Assembly: GCF_964204645.1 (NCBI RefSeq)
Contig: NC_134036.1
Span: 9,217,859 to 9,281,858 of the forward strand
Direction: 5' to 3'
Source: Tubulanus polymorphus
Lineage: Eukaryota > Animalia > Nemertea
Length of the DNA stretch: 64,000 bases
Part shown: positions 49,240 through 62,050 of the stretch, piece after piece
Layout: each line of letters starts with the position of its first letter
Position numbering within the stretch: the stretch's first letter is position 1
Notes under the pieces: model-generated
Seen by the model: only the letters and a program-made list of their open reading frames with translations
Database searches by the model: none
What the model was told of the DNA's origin: nothing
Program-made: the position numbers and the translations under genes

Positions 49240-52200
49240 CATTTAGTTTGATGTCTTCAATGCGTTTGCCATGGAATTTTGCAACTTTGCCGGCATCAAC
49301 TGCCATGAGAAGACGACCGACTTTGGCCATTTCTACCGTTGATTCATGTAGTCTATAAAACTGGCGATGGATATCTAACTCATGGCCCATATGATTGGCT
49401 AGCCACTCCAATTCACCATGCTTCAGGTCCATGAGCTACGTAAAACAATAAGAAAATAAATTGCCCATGGGCAAAGTGAGGTTTACCTTGGTTGTTTGGA
49501 GCAAGGGCACTGCTTACGAAAAATCTTTTTAATTCGTGACTTCAAAGAGTTTATATTGTATTTTATCTTTCTCAAAGAATTATTTTGTAGTCAAATAAGA
49601 CCAAAAATATACATTTGTTTACGGTGCACGTCCAAAATTTCGTAGGGTAGGTAGGCAGGAAAACTATTTTATATTTTGAAAAAAAAATTTTTTTCACAAT
49701 TATGAAATAAATTGCCCACGGCAAAGTGATTTACCCTGAAAACTGGAGCCAAGGGCATTGCCAATGAGAAATCTTTTTAATTCTAGAGTTCAAGGTTATC
49801 GTTTAATCATATTGTATTTTATCTTTTTCAAAGAAATATTTTGTAGTCAAATAAGGCCAGAAATATACATTTGTTTACGGTCCATGCCCAAAATTTTGAT
49901 ATGAATAACTATTTTGGTGTATTACAAATTCCATGAAACAGAAAACACACACTGCTCATCTTCTGTTATAATAGTTTAAATGATTATCGATGATAAGTTA
50001 CTTTATCAAGAAAAAAACTTTCATTTGAACACCATTTGAAACAAATGCATTCATACATGCTAGAGCGAGCATTAGGCTAGAGCGTGGTTTGCAGCACTAT
50101 CACTATTTGTGTATGTAGGCCTACTGTCTGTGTGTTCAACACTAGCGCATAGAAGGCAATCCGACAGTACTGACAGCGGATATATGGGCCTACGTGAAAT
50201 ATATTTTATTATCCTATATTCCCATAAGCTGAAACGGTCAGAATTTGCTCTTCATTATTTTTTTCTTCCAGTAATTCCAAAAGCTATTTTCAGTCAGCAC
50301 TTTTTTGACTGACAGGGCCTGTCGGAAACCGTAAACAAAGGTATATTAGCCTATTTCTTTGGGCTAAGACATTGAAAAGACAAATCCAAGACAGGACTCT
50401 ACCGATATACGTACTACTAAATTAAATAACCCATTAGATTATGTTCATAACAACATGTCATCCAAATTGCAAGTGAACCACGTACGGTACCTTACCTGTA
50501 CCTAGCCAAATGAAATGCTCGCCATTTTGTTTTTAGATTGTTTTGATACTAAGGTTTTCCCAAACGTCATGAGCTCCCGAAATTCATGGAATTTCCTGTA
50601 TATCCCAAAACGAGCCAATCACATTCGCTTGTAGAGACGACGCCCCCCAATCAAGTTCATTGCAATTTTATATTTCGAGAGCTAAGAATTTTCCCGCCAA
50701 AAAGGGGAATTTAAAAGAAGCTGACCATGTCATCGACGGAGGTTTCCCATGTCTTCAATCGCATCATTATACGTCGTTTAGGCCGAGAACCAATGGAACA
50801 TATGCTCACATAATAAAACGTACCGCGGTTTAACATAATTGGCTCAATGATAAAGATAAACCAAAAACAAAAATTATGTTGATCCCAATTATAAGTGAGG
50901 AGATGCGTCCTATGACATTGCTAATAAAATTCAAATATAAAGGCTATCAGTTAAAACCTGTCGATATTTTCCTCCAAAAAAACCACTTTTTTTCCACCTA
51001 CGAATGAGTACTGATGACAGTAAGATGACCACCAATTGCGAAAATACTACCTGTCTGATGTATTAATGACTTCTTTTATAGAATGCCCATCGAAAATTTC
51101 AATGAAAAAAGGGCATATCATTAGGACGCAACAGGTCTCAGAATTCAGGCCAAAACTGATATAATTGGGCACAAAAAAAGGTCAAAAGACAGCCATGTTG
51201 AGTCCAATAGACACAATTTTTTTTCATGCTGATGGGCCCACGGGGAAAACAAATATATGTAAAAGATCAAGATAATTGATCGAATAGTCTTCAAAACTTC
51301 TGTTTAGGCCAATTTGTGGGTTGAAGATGTATCTTGGGTACATACATATATAACCAAATATGAAGACAGTCCATTGAAGGGTCTTCAAAACTTCCCAAAA
51401 TAACTGGATTCTGTCTGATAAACGAAGACATACTGACGAAAAGTGAACGCAATAGCTCGCTGGGACTAAATTCCCAAAATACAATGTGGAAGAACCATTA
51501 TGGCATCATATGATTTTCGATATCCTGTAAAAATCAAACAGTTTCTAAAATTCCTTCAACCCACATTTTCAGATTTTCTTTTTCATTAATCTTTTGACAA
51601 AAAACTAAGTATGACAGAATCAACAAGAAAATTAACTTTAATAAATTATTTGACGCCTGCGAAAAAATGTAGAATTTCTGGTATAAGCTAATGTGGAATT
51701 GCAAATTTGAAATCGAAGTTTTAAGAAATTTCGGGAATTATGAGATTTGGCGATTGGGTAGATGATACAGTCTTCAACTGGTCTAATTTAAAAAGAAATT
51801 GTCAACTTGTGACTTCGATTCACTTTTGCCTCTAAGCTGGTCTGCCACTTCATTGCCTCCATGGTTGAAGAAAGAGCTCTTCTGATGTCTGCTTCATCGT
51901 GACTTCGAGCATATCGTGTAGCCAGCCAGTCCTGTCCTAGGGCCCGGTCTGGCTGTCACTTGATGTCCTAGACTTGAGTCTGGGTTGAAGTAGACATTGT
52001 CATATAATTAACTTATTCATGTTATTCTGTATGAATTACCCGTGTGTCTTGTATTTTCTAATTTCAAAATTGGTAAATTTATTGATTTTTGGAATTTTAT
52101 CCCGGAATTTCAATGTAATAAGCATATGCAATAAAGTATTGAATTGAATTGTCACCTTATACACATGCCATCAGTGGACGCGGAGCCGTATATGACAGCT

Positions 52201-54643
52201 ATGCTATTATAAATTGCTAATCTCATGAAACCTGCATACGTCTAATATCGAACATATTTTCTAAAACATTTGAATATTGAAATTATATGTTTACACGTTT
52301 TTATATAGACCGCTTGTAGCCGCCGATGAAATTCACGCCGGCCCAACTCAGATCGTAGATAGCTTCGTCATTCCACTAGCATCCCCATGTCTGGGTCTGA
52401 CTTTTATATCGGACTTCCAAATCGTGTATACATCCGCCATTTAACCGAATAATCCGATTTACTTATCATTTCTATTTATCCCTGCCGCCCCTGATATAAT
52501 CATACATCCTTTACTATTACAATACGTCTTCTCGTGATATTCGATGCGATATAACATTTCGACGTTCAAATAGAGGTCATTATATAATCCCAGGGAGCCA
52601 TTCTACATCTTTATCAATAATATTTTGCCAAATAGCTTGCATGTGTACACATAAACCTGTGACGTTTTGCACATCGATTTACGGTTGTCGTTTGTAAAAT
52701 GACGCTGAATGGTTATCATTGTTTAGGTTTCATAATGGTAACGTTTTATAAGGCGTCAAAAAAGGTTGGCATGCATCAAAACTATGCATAAAAGATAATC
52801 CCTGGGGTATGGCGAAGATCCACTAACCTGGCAAACAGTCGCGTTATACTTCCTCAACTTTATTGTATTGATAACCTCTGGATGAAAGATGCCTGCCTCT
52901 TTTGCAACAATATTGATGGCCTGCCACGCGCTCAGATGGCCATTCTTCGACTTGCTCGCGAAGAAATATGGGTTAGTTAATGGGATGTTGACACGCTCAC
53001 GAAGCGAAAGAAGTGTGTCCATAGCGCGGACAACTTCTGGTGTTAGAAGCATGGGAACTTTTCGTTTTTTTTTTCCCAGGCATAAAAACCATGTCAAGCC
53101 TGTAAAAAAATGTAAAATGGCTGAAACGGCTTTTTGAGGCTCACAAATAAAACAATGTTGCCATTCCTATTTTTATTTTTTGGCACCAATAGAATATGAA
53201 AATACCAAGTTAGTTGGCTAGCCCACTGGTGACCATATACAAAAACCAACAGGCTACCATATTGCATGGATCTATGCAAAAAAATGTAATTCAAAGCTCA
53301 AGCCATGTCATTAGAGAATTCGGTTTGGTTCGGACCCTTCGTTCAGCTTGGAAATGAATTTAGAAACTTTTTCAAAACAAACTAAGAAATATTAATATGT
53401 TACCTATTCTGTATGATTACCTTTCGATAAGTTTAAATTCAAGGCTGTCTAATATCTTTTTTATTTCTTCATTGGCTATCTCCACCCAATTGGGTCTTTG
53501 AACAAAAGCATCTTTTAACAGTTTGGAAGCTTCACCTTCACGGGGCTTATTGAAGATCGTCGTGTGGGCTGAAACATACACTGAAAGCTTACGCCACTGA
53601 GTCTAGGTATCCATTGTTGACGCAAGTATAGACGATATATTGTGTACGATATGATCACGCAATTTGACGAGGTCAGACGTTAGAGGCAACAATTCTACTT
53701 TCGAATCTATGTTCCTCTTCAATGTGTTCAACGCAACAGACGATATCGTGTGCGTCCATTCACTCTCATGAAGACTGATAAATCTTGACGCCTTATTGCT
53801 ATTCCAGAGTTTACACGAGCCAATTTCAACAAAATATGACCAAATCTTAAAGCCAAAGATGGTATTTTAAAGACATCACGCCCAGTTTCTGTTGTAATCC
53901 GACCACACAATAATTCGGTTGCCTCGATGACATTGTTAAATCTTTGTGCACTTATGAAGTAACTCATCTCCTTTTTGGGTTGGTCAAGATTCAGTTGCAT
54001 CTTTAAACGGGCAACCTGTTGAAGTCTTTGGCAAATATCATTTGCCTCCTGTGAGCCAAGTTTCTTCAATAATATTGTTCCAAAGCTGAGCAAGAGAGGA
54101 TCGTTTTGTATGGCTAAATAAACATCGTCTCGCTTTCCTTGGGGCAGAACCTGCATTTTCAGGCTTGAAAATGGTTGCGAGTGAAAAGTTTGATTGTAAC
54201 TAATGCGCTCTCAATCTAAAGACGAGATCTTGCAATGAATGCCATATGCTTGGTATTTTCATCTTCTTTCTCACCCTCAGAGGGGGAAAACTCACATCTG
54301 CTACAATGCCGCCACAGTTCATAAAAAAACATAAAATCCATAGCAGTAGATACACGGCAGACATTCATCGACTGTTCTTGGTGTGGATGGTCGTCTAAAC
54401 TTCCATGACTAAATCTGTTCCTCCATTCGCAATGACTTTATTATTGTGGTTGAAATTACCCATAAGCTTTAACATCTTCAAAGTTTTGTTCAAGTTCTCC
54501 TTTGTATCAGCTATTGCCTTTGCTACAGCAGCTTCAGTACTTTGCTGTCCGGTAAGATGACGTGCAATTTTGAGAATTCCCTTTTCGCAGAAATAGCAAA
54601 TCTGCAGCTTATTCAAGGCAGCTAATGTCCCAGAAGTTGGCAC
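49240..54643 (-). pseudogene. Decayed, intron-containing tyrosine recombinase (Crypton-like) gene
   Basis: Minus-strand pieces in order: CYFCEK..KIARHL..MGNFNHN; KIPSLALRFGH.L.K; FNKPREGEASKL; GKKKRKVPMLLT..NPYFFA..TIKLRKYNATVCQ; ELEWLANHMGHELDIHRQFYRL; frameshifts and stops present. Confidence 0.8.
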
Positions 54644-57187
54644 TAAAAATATAACACTTTATATTGATTAAGAGAGTCTTAACAAGCTGGATACAACCGG
54701 TACAAATACTTAACAAAAACAAAATTCTTAACATTGACTTTCATAATTTCAAATGATGGTGCATGTTTAATCCAGGGAGAAACACATTAGACAATAAGAA
54801 GGATGTAAAATAACAGTTGGTAGGTCTAGGGGTCAGATCGGTAGTGCTTTTTCGCCAGAACACAGATCACAGCAATCATTATCAGTCAAGTAAATATCTA
54901 GCCAGTGGATATTTAGCCGAATACGGTGATTAAACTTCATAAATGAAGGTTGCTTAAATCTACACCGCGCATGCGTACTGAGAAGCCCGATTTAGAAAAT
55001 GCAAAGAAAGTGTGGGGGAAAAAATTAGAGAAATATTACGAGCAGAGTAGTATTCGAACCCGGGCGAGCAAATTGCTATCATTGAGTCCCTCCACTAGAC
55101 CATGAACGCTATAGAAATCGGCATGTTTCAATTGCATATAGGACTCAACCTTACTCTAACCCTATGCCTAGCTGGACCAACCCCAGGGGCGGATACAGGA
55201 TGGTTGAAAGGGGTGGGTTCACCCATCTCTCGAGTGGCATCGTTCTCAAAATCACGATGATCTAAGTCTCGATATACTTGTGTTAATTTGTAACAATTTT
55301 AGACATTTTCCGTTATCCAGAAACATATTATCCAATAGATAATACGTTTAATAGTACAAGCTTACCAAACCGATTATCATTTTCACTCCGAATTCTCCTT
55401 TAATTGGGTCAAGATGACCCCAAATACAAGTAAAAACAACATTCTAATGAAATTAGCGCAGACAGATTTTCCAAATTGCCACCAGATTTTTTAGTGGTAT
55501 TTTTTGAAAAGGGCACCTGACCAAAAAGGAGTGGGTTCGAACCCACGGAACCCACCCCCTGTATCAGCCACTGCACCCCTCACTATTTCTTGGCTATTTT
55601 GTAGATCCCTTTCAAGATCTTCGATACAAAATGGCAGCATACACTGACTAGTAAAATAGCACGTCTAAAATAAAGGACCAATGGTCCAGTGGCTCGCCAA
55701 ACCGTAAAAATCTAAAGCTGTAAGCAAATATTCATTTTAATCATCAGAAGCTCAAAGTTCTTCAAATTTTAGGGCAGTACAATTAAACCGGGTCGGTTAC
55801 TGGCGAAATCTAGGTCGCATAAAGTAAGCTTTAAAAAGAATGCGACTCAAGCTAAACATCCTCAGTTGTTGACCTTCTTTGGCAAATCGTAAGATTGTAT
55901 GCGCAAACTACCCTGTGTCGGGTGTTATCTACTACTGATATATACGTGCGGTGAAAGCGGAATATAAGGCGATATTGCCGACGCGAGCGTACTTACTGTT
56001 ATCAACGCGCATTCGCCAGTCACCGACTGTGCCGCTAAATACAGATAATTGAGCTCCAAAAAGGATCTTCAACGCAAAAGTCCATAAAATGTATTTAATT
56101 AATGACGATAAATCAAGTATTCCGGTCGTATAATATCAGATATTCACTTCTATCACTAATAAAAATCCGATGTTGCCAATCGAATCAGCCGTGTGCTGTG
56201 GTGATGATGGCGAACACGACGGTAAATTTCTGCATTTTCAGCCCACGTCTTCGCCAGATATCTTGATGCAACGTTACTTTATGCACGGAATGACAAAATC
56301 ATATGAATCATTTAACACATTTTGCCAAATAAATCATTATACAATACGCCTCGAGTATCAGTAGTCGCGCTAGAAACGATGAATATCAACCTATTCAATT
56401 GTGCCGCCATTTTGTTGAGTAAAACATTCTATGACGCATACCTACTCATACATATTCAATGATATGACGTCATGAAGTCAAAACAGGTCAACACAAATTA
56501 TATATAACCGAGATTTTGGGGGGTTTCGTCTTTGAAAGCCCATAACTACCGAACAAAGCGTCGGATCTTGACGAGATAAAGTTCCACCGACGCAAATAGC
56601 ATTGAATTTTCACATGTGTTATTTTGGACAATTAAAGATGCTGCATAAAAAAACGTGCTCAGATAAGTCGAATTTTTGACACTTTTTGGTTAATTTCTCA
56701 AAAAAATATGAAACCCACGGCTTTCAATTTTTCGCACCATAAAGAAAAACGAATTACGAAATATATTTTTGCTTAATCCGTTCAATTCGCCCATTAGTAG
56801 TGAAATTACAGACTACTGAAATTGCGTTTGAGTGTGCTAAAAAAGGCTTTGAGCGTAGTGTATTAAGCATTCCAGACGGTTGTACAGGCACGGGGTCGAC
56901 AGTATATACGGCATTAAATCTTGGTAGCGAGAGCAGGTAAGTCCAGAATAGGTCCGCTACAGGTGGGTACGCCTAGGTCGATTCTGCCCCTGGAGAGGAC
57001 AGAATAAGGAGTCAATGACCGCCCTAGGACAATCGTCGAAAAATACTATGCGATTTGCTAACTCGTGACATTCGATTCGGTTTCCCCGCCTAAACATAAC
57101 TGACCAGTACAGTCGGTCGAATTTCTCAAGAACCATAGCCGGAAGTCACCATTTTCGTTACGTCGGCCATTCGTAATCGAATCGGCT

Positions 57188-57253
57188 CCGACCGTAAATT
57201 CGAGAGAAACTAAAAATAGGCCGACCGTAAATTCGAGAGAAACTAAAAATAGG
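57188..57253 (+). repeat. 33-bp direct duplication
   Basis: CCGACCGTAAATTCGAGAGAAACTAAAAATAGG x2. Confidence 0.85.
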
Positions 57254-60200
57254 CGATCGGTTTCCTCGACTATAAAATTCAAGTGCAGTCTGAATTTTAT
57301 TCCGGTTTCCATAAGCTCTACCGAATCCCACTGAATCTCGCGACAGTCATAGGCAAATAAGGCAATGGCATTACTAGAATATCATGCTCGAATATATATA
57401 CTCCGAAAAATCGAACGCATAATCAAAAAAGTAACAATTCATAGTTAAAAATGACATGTATGAATATTTATTGATTTATTCAGGTCGAGAGTCGTGGCGA
57501 AATGAACGGGCTATTAGGATTTGACTAGGCCTCGGACCTCCGAGCGATCTCGGGTCGAGAGGCGGCAAGGGCGAGTATCCGACTTCGAAAGAAACCCGCG
57601 TTGTCAAGACAACGCAGATTACCCGGGTCATGATTCGAGAGAATTCGCTCGAAGCTCAAGCGATGAAAGTCTTCGAGCGAGAAAAGGTAGAGACTAATAA
57701 TCGAGGCGAGTCCACTCGAAGTCGAATAAACGTAATTCATACGGGATAAAAGGCTATGATGTTCTTCCATTGCAGTGATCCTTGGTCAGATTCTCCTTTG
57801 ATTTCGGGTTCAGACGAAGTATTCGAGCGGGGCCGGAGCCCTGTCCGAGGGACGTGGTTTGAAATGACTTATCGCATCATTCCGGGGTCAATACAGACCT
57901 GAATAAGGCAATTAGACTGTGCGTCTGGCGATTTTTAAGAGATCGATTATTCAGCGAGTGATTACAACCTCTCTCAACGTGTCTCAAACACGGAATGTCA
58001 GGAATGCGGTTCTGACCGCTCTTAAATAGGCCGCCTTCTACGCTGATTGGCTAATAGCCAAATTACTGCGCGACAAAAAACGCCGGCGCACGCGGCTTTG
58101 GGTAGGCGCACATGACTGGAATTTTCGATGAACTATCTCAAAATCAATCCTCGTTTGGATATTTGCTATTAAAATAGCAGAAACCCTTCACGGAAAAGAC
58201 TTGGCAATATCCCAGGTAAAAGGAACTATTTCGTAAAACGGCCGTCTACGATGAGGTGATACGGCACTTCCGGATTTCAGCGATTTTGAATAGTGCGGCC
58301 CTGAATTGGCGAGTTTTCCTCAAAAGACGGATATAATGCTATCGCGGACTGGTCATCAGGTCTGAAGGTTGGTTCCATGGTCAATCTCGCCACAACAGCA
58401 CAGTTATGGTTTATTCAGGGAATATTTGTTTGGCAAATTTAGACTAATATGAAATCGACGAAATGGAATATGCTGTACATTTTAAAGCCACCGGCCTCCC
58501 TGTTGTTGAGTAATTCTCTGGCCCAGAGATTGGGGGTGGGCACGTTGCTTGCGTTTGGTATTAGGTGAAAACTGAAAAAAGTTTCAAAATAATATATTAC
58601 ATTGGAGCCTGAAACTTAAGGGGCAGAAAGTGAAATCAAAGTTAAACAACGCGCTGATATTCGTAACCGTTTTTTACATAAAAGCAACGTAAATCATAGT
58701 CACAAAATTCAAACGAAAAGTAAAATAGATATAACAAAGAAACGATAGATTATCAAATAAGGGATAGGATTGACTTGAAGGGTAACACTCTTACTACTTA
58801 TACCCCGCCCTTGTTTTCACCATAACCCAAACACCACCCTAGCGAAATTGAAAAAACAATGACAATTAATCTAATTTACTTATACATTTTGTATAATGAT
58901 ATTTCTTATAATAACGTTTGATAATGAAAAATATAGATTTGAATATTACATCTCTGCGCTTATACAATTCAACTGAAATTATACCAATGATTGCACAGCT
59001 TGATATTGATTGAAATTTGCGTCGATGTAGAATCGATATGCACACGGCCCTTTAAAATCGATCTGCGCTCATCACAGAGCTTTAAGTTTAAATAACGTTT
59101 CGATCTCACGGGAATTTATCATATTTGATTAGCTGTCGTTTTCCAGAATTTCAAATATTAATTTGTCATATGCTAATCAAATATGATATATTCCTGTGAG
59201 ATCGAATAAAATATTTTCGCTGATGTACCATGTGTGTGTATAGAACGTATTATTCTGACCGGCCTTACATCTGCGATTGTAAGTGACCATGGAATCCGAT
59301 GGTTGTGTGGATTGTAAATTTCCAGCGCGTGTTTTGTCGACCACTGGGTTTGGTCCCGACTGCCGAATTAATGCCGTAGATCACAGTTACTCGCTGTATA
59401 AACGACATGCACAGTTGTCACGCCCTGTTTTTACCGTCAATCGGGTCATCGTCAGTGCTTTTAAATCTACCAAAAATTTGTGGACTGTCAAATCCTTTAT
59501 TTTTTATTTGGCCTACTAATTTGCAAATAATCTAAGCCACCATCCCAACTCTGTGTAAATACCGTACTAGGACGTATCTTTACAATCAGTAGAGACGTAG
59601 CGTGGTTTCCGCAAACTACAACGGTTTTATAGTTAAAAGACGTGCCGTCATATGATACAACGTGTTGACTGTGCTTTCATTGACAAACACGAATGCTTTT
59701 GGCCGATTGATTATTTTCATTTAAACGATTATCATGTTTTACTGACCGCCTAAAATTGGTGTGAATTGAGGTACTTATCTATATAAGATGATTCTCGCAT
59801 TTTGAAAAGGACATTTAGATATTATTGTCGCCATGCATATTTATAGTTTTTGCAGAAACTGTGTTGTTAATCCAAAGAGAGTTTTCTTTTCTTAAACTCG
59901 AGAATCTTCAATTTCAAAGTCAATTCGATACCGATCTCCTTGAGCAATGAACCAACATAAAACTGAAACATATCCAAGCGACGGATGAGGTCAATTAGGT
60001 GAAGTTTAACCTATAGTTAGATAGTTATACGTTATAATGAGAATTATTATTTCTAAATTCGAAGTCGTGAAATCTATGGAAATACTAATGGGACTGTGGT
60101 TTCTATAAGTAAATGAAGGCAAAGAAAACTGAAAACTGCTCCTGAACCAGGTTCCACTTAATATATGAGCAATTACTCATTGGTTCAAAGAATATCCAAG

Positions 60201-60406
60201 TGGAAAAAAATTCATTTACCTTATATGATGGAGTATTCTTATATATCGGTCTACATATCATAGACTATTAATTAAGGGGTGTTGCAGATAAGGTTCGTAC
60301 AATTACTTAACGCTCTATTCAGGTCTTTTTCGACCATGAACCAAATCATTTGACTCTGGCTCCAGTTCCAGTGTTATGTGTGTTTAATTTTACTCTGAAT
60401 CCAGTA

Positions 60407-61783
60407 CAGTGCTGCCAACCTTATCATTTTCAAATTCAGGACGCCTTTAACTTTTTTTCATATTTTCAGTGGTTCAAGGAGTAACATTAAAATATCACTT
60501 TTACGTGATCAAATAGAATTAAGAACAAGTAAAACTTAAGTAGGAAAACTTTTTTATTCCGCAATAACAATCAGTTTTGATGGAATATGCTGTATGCGCA
60601 ACATTTTTTAATGAAAAACTTACTTAATTTTTTAATGAAAATACAACTATAAACTGCCAACAACTATCTACTTCAGTCGAGTCCTCTGAATGTATTGCAT
60701 CTTATTGCAGACTAACCCTATCAAATACTGTTAGTGTTTATATTCTAAAAGAAAATAAAGCTATTTATGCCAACACATATTTCCTTCAAATGAGATCTTT
60801 GTTTATTGCATCTATTGCTGGTTAACCCTTTTAAATACTGTTTATATTCTAAGAGAAAATAAAACTATGAACTGCCAACAACTATCTACTTCAGTTGAGA
60901 TCTTTGTTTATTGCATCTTATTGCAGACTAAATCTATCAAATACTGTTTATATTCTTAAACCTCTTCTTCACTACTGTACATGCAGACGGACGGATGAAC
61001 AGTGAACACAAGTGGGCTAACAAAACATATGAGAAAATTAAGTTGAAAGAGCGTGATGAGTAGCAGAATTTGCTTTTCTCAATAGTCCCATTGATGGCTC
61101 GAACTGGTGACAACATCCTGGTTGCGATTTCATAACCATTAACGATTCCAAGGTTCTTTCACCAAGTGAAGCGCGAAAGTCCGTTTTATTCCTTTTCACA
61201 AAACTAAATATTCTTTCACATGGAGAGTTGCTCACAGGTATAAGAAGGACGCTACACATGGTCCTAGGGAGAACTTTAAATCTGTAAATCAATAATAAGG
61301 TCACGGAAATTAGCATACTTATTTAATTCAAAATATAGCATCATGATTTTATCCTCAATAAATCAATCAGCCTGAAAGCATAAAATTAATGGTAATGTAT
61401 GGATTCTTAAACTTATTAAACAGATAAACTATCATGAAATTATCATTACTTCATGTCCCAGTTTCTCTTAATAAAATCAAAATTATTTCTTACCTTACAT
61501 TTCCATTGGTATCCTTCATTTGAGATATAAGCCTCCACTGGTCTTCAGCACTTCTATCCTCAGGGGGCTCACTCTGCTTCTTAAACAAATCCTTCGGCAA
61601 TATATCTTCCAAAACTGTTTGAAATTCAAGGAATTCCATTTCTAGGTTATCTCTTGTTGGCAAATCACCGAGAATCACTGGAAATCGATCGAGAAAGTAT
61701 ACCAGCGAGCCATATTGTGCCTTTGACCTCAACTTAATATCTGCCACCTAAAATTCAAAGGGTTAAAAATTGGCTAAAATTGC
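60407..61783 (-). mobile_element. 3' part of a hAT-family DNA transposon (transposase C-terminal exons ~61038-61281 and ~61494-61747)
   Basis: hATC dimerisation motif LLIPVSNSPCERIFSFVK..KT..R.SL...L; upstream exon with W..I; candidate terminus CAGTGCTGCCAACC at 60407. Confidence 0.8.
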
Positions 61784-61970
61784 AGTAATAGGGATAATAG
61801 GCTTTCATACCAAAGGTCGAAGGGTCGAGCTCGTAAAAAAATGAAAATAATAATTTACAGTTGAATTAGTCGCGCACACTCCTAATTCAACTGTAAATTA
61901 TTATTATTTTCATTTTTTTACTCACTCGCCCCTTCAACCTTTGATACGAAAGCCTATTATCCCTATTACT
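61784..61970. repeat. 187-bp terminal fold-back palindrome (hairpin)
   Basis: Arm 61784-61869 pairs with 61882-61970; 12-nt loop. Confidence 0.95.
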
Positions 61971-62050
61971 CTTAAAATATTCACATAAATGAATAACATT
62001 TAAATCATTGAACTTCTAAAATCAATTTTAATAAAAAATATAGTATTAAA

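Noticed and set aside
56860-58050. GC-richer segment as DIRS/LINE remnant
   Set aside because: No recognisable RT, gag or YR motifs in the short ORFs; left unclassified
15600-61783. Host DNA between the two termini as one giant TIR-bounded element
   Set aside because: Termini face away from the intervening DNA (right end of copy 1, left end of copy 2) and flanks GATAAG vs AATTGC are not a shared TSD
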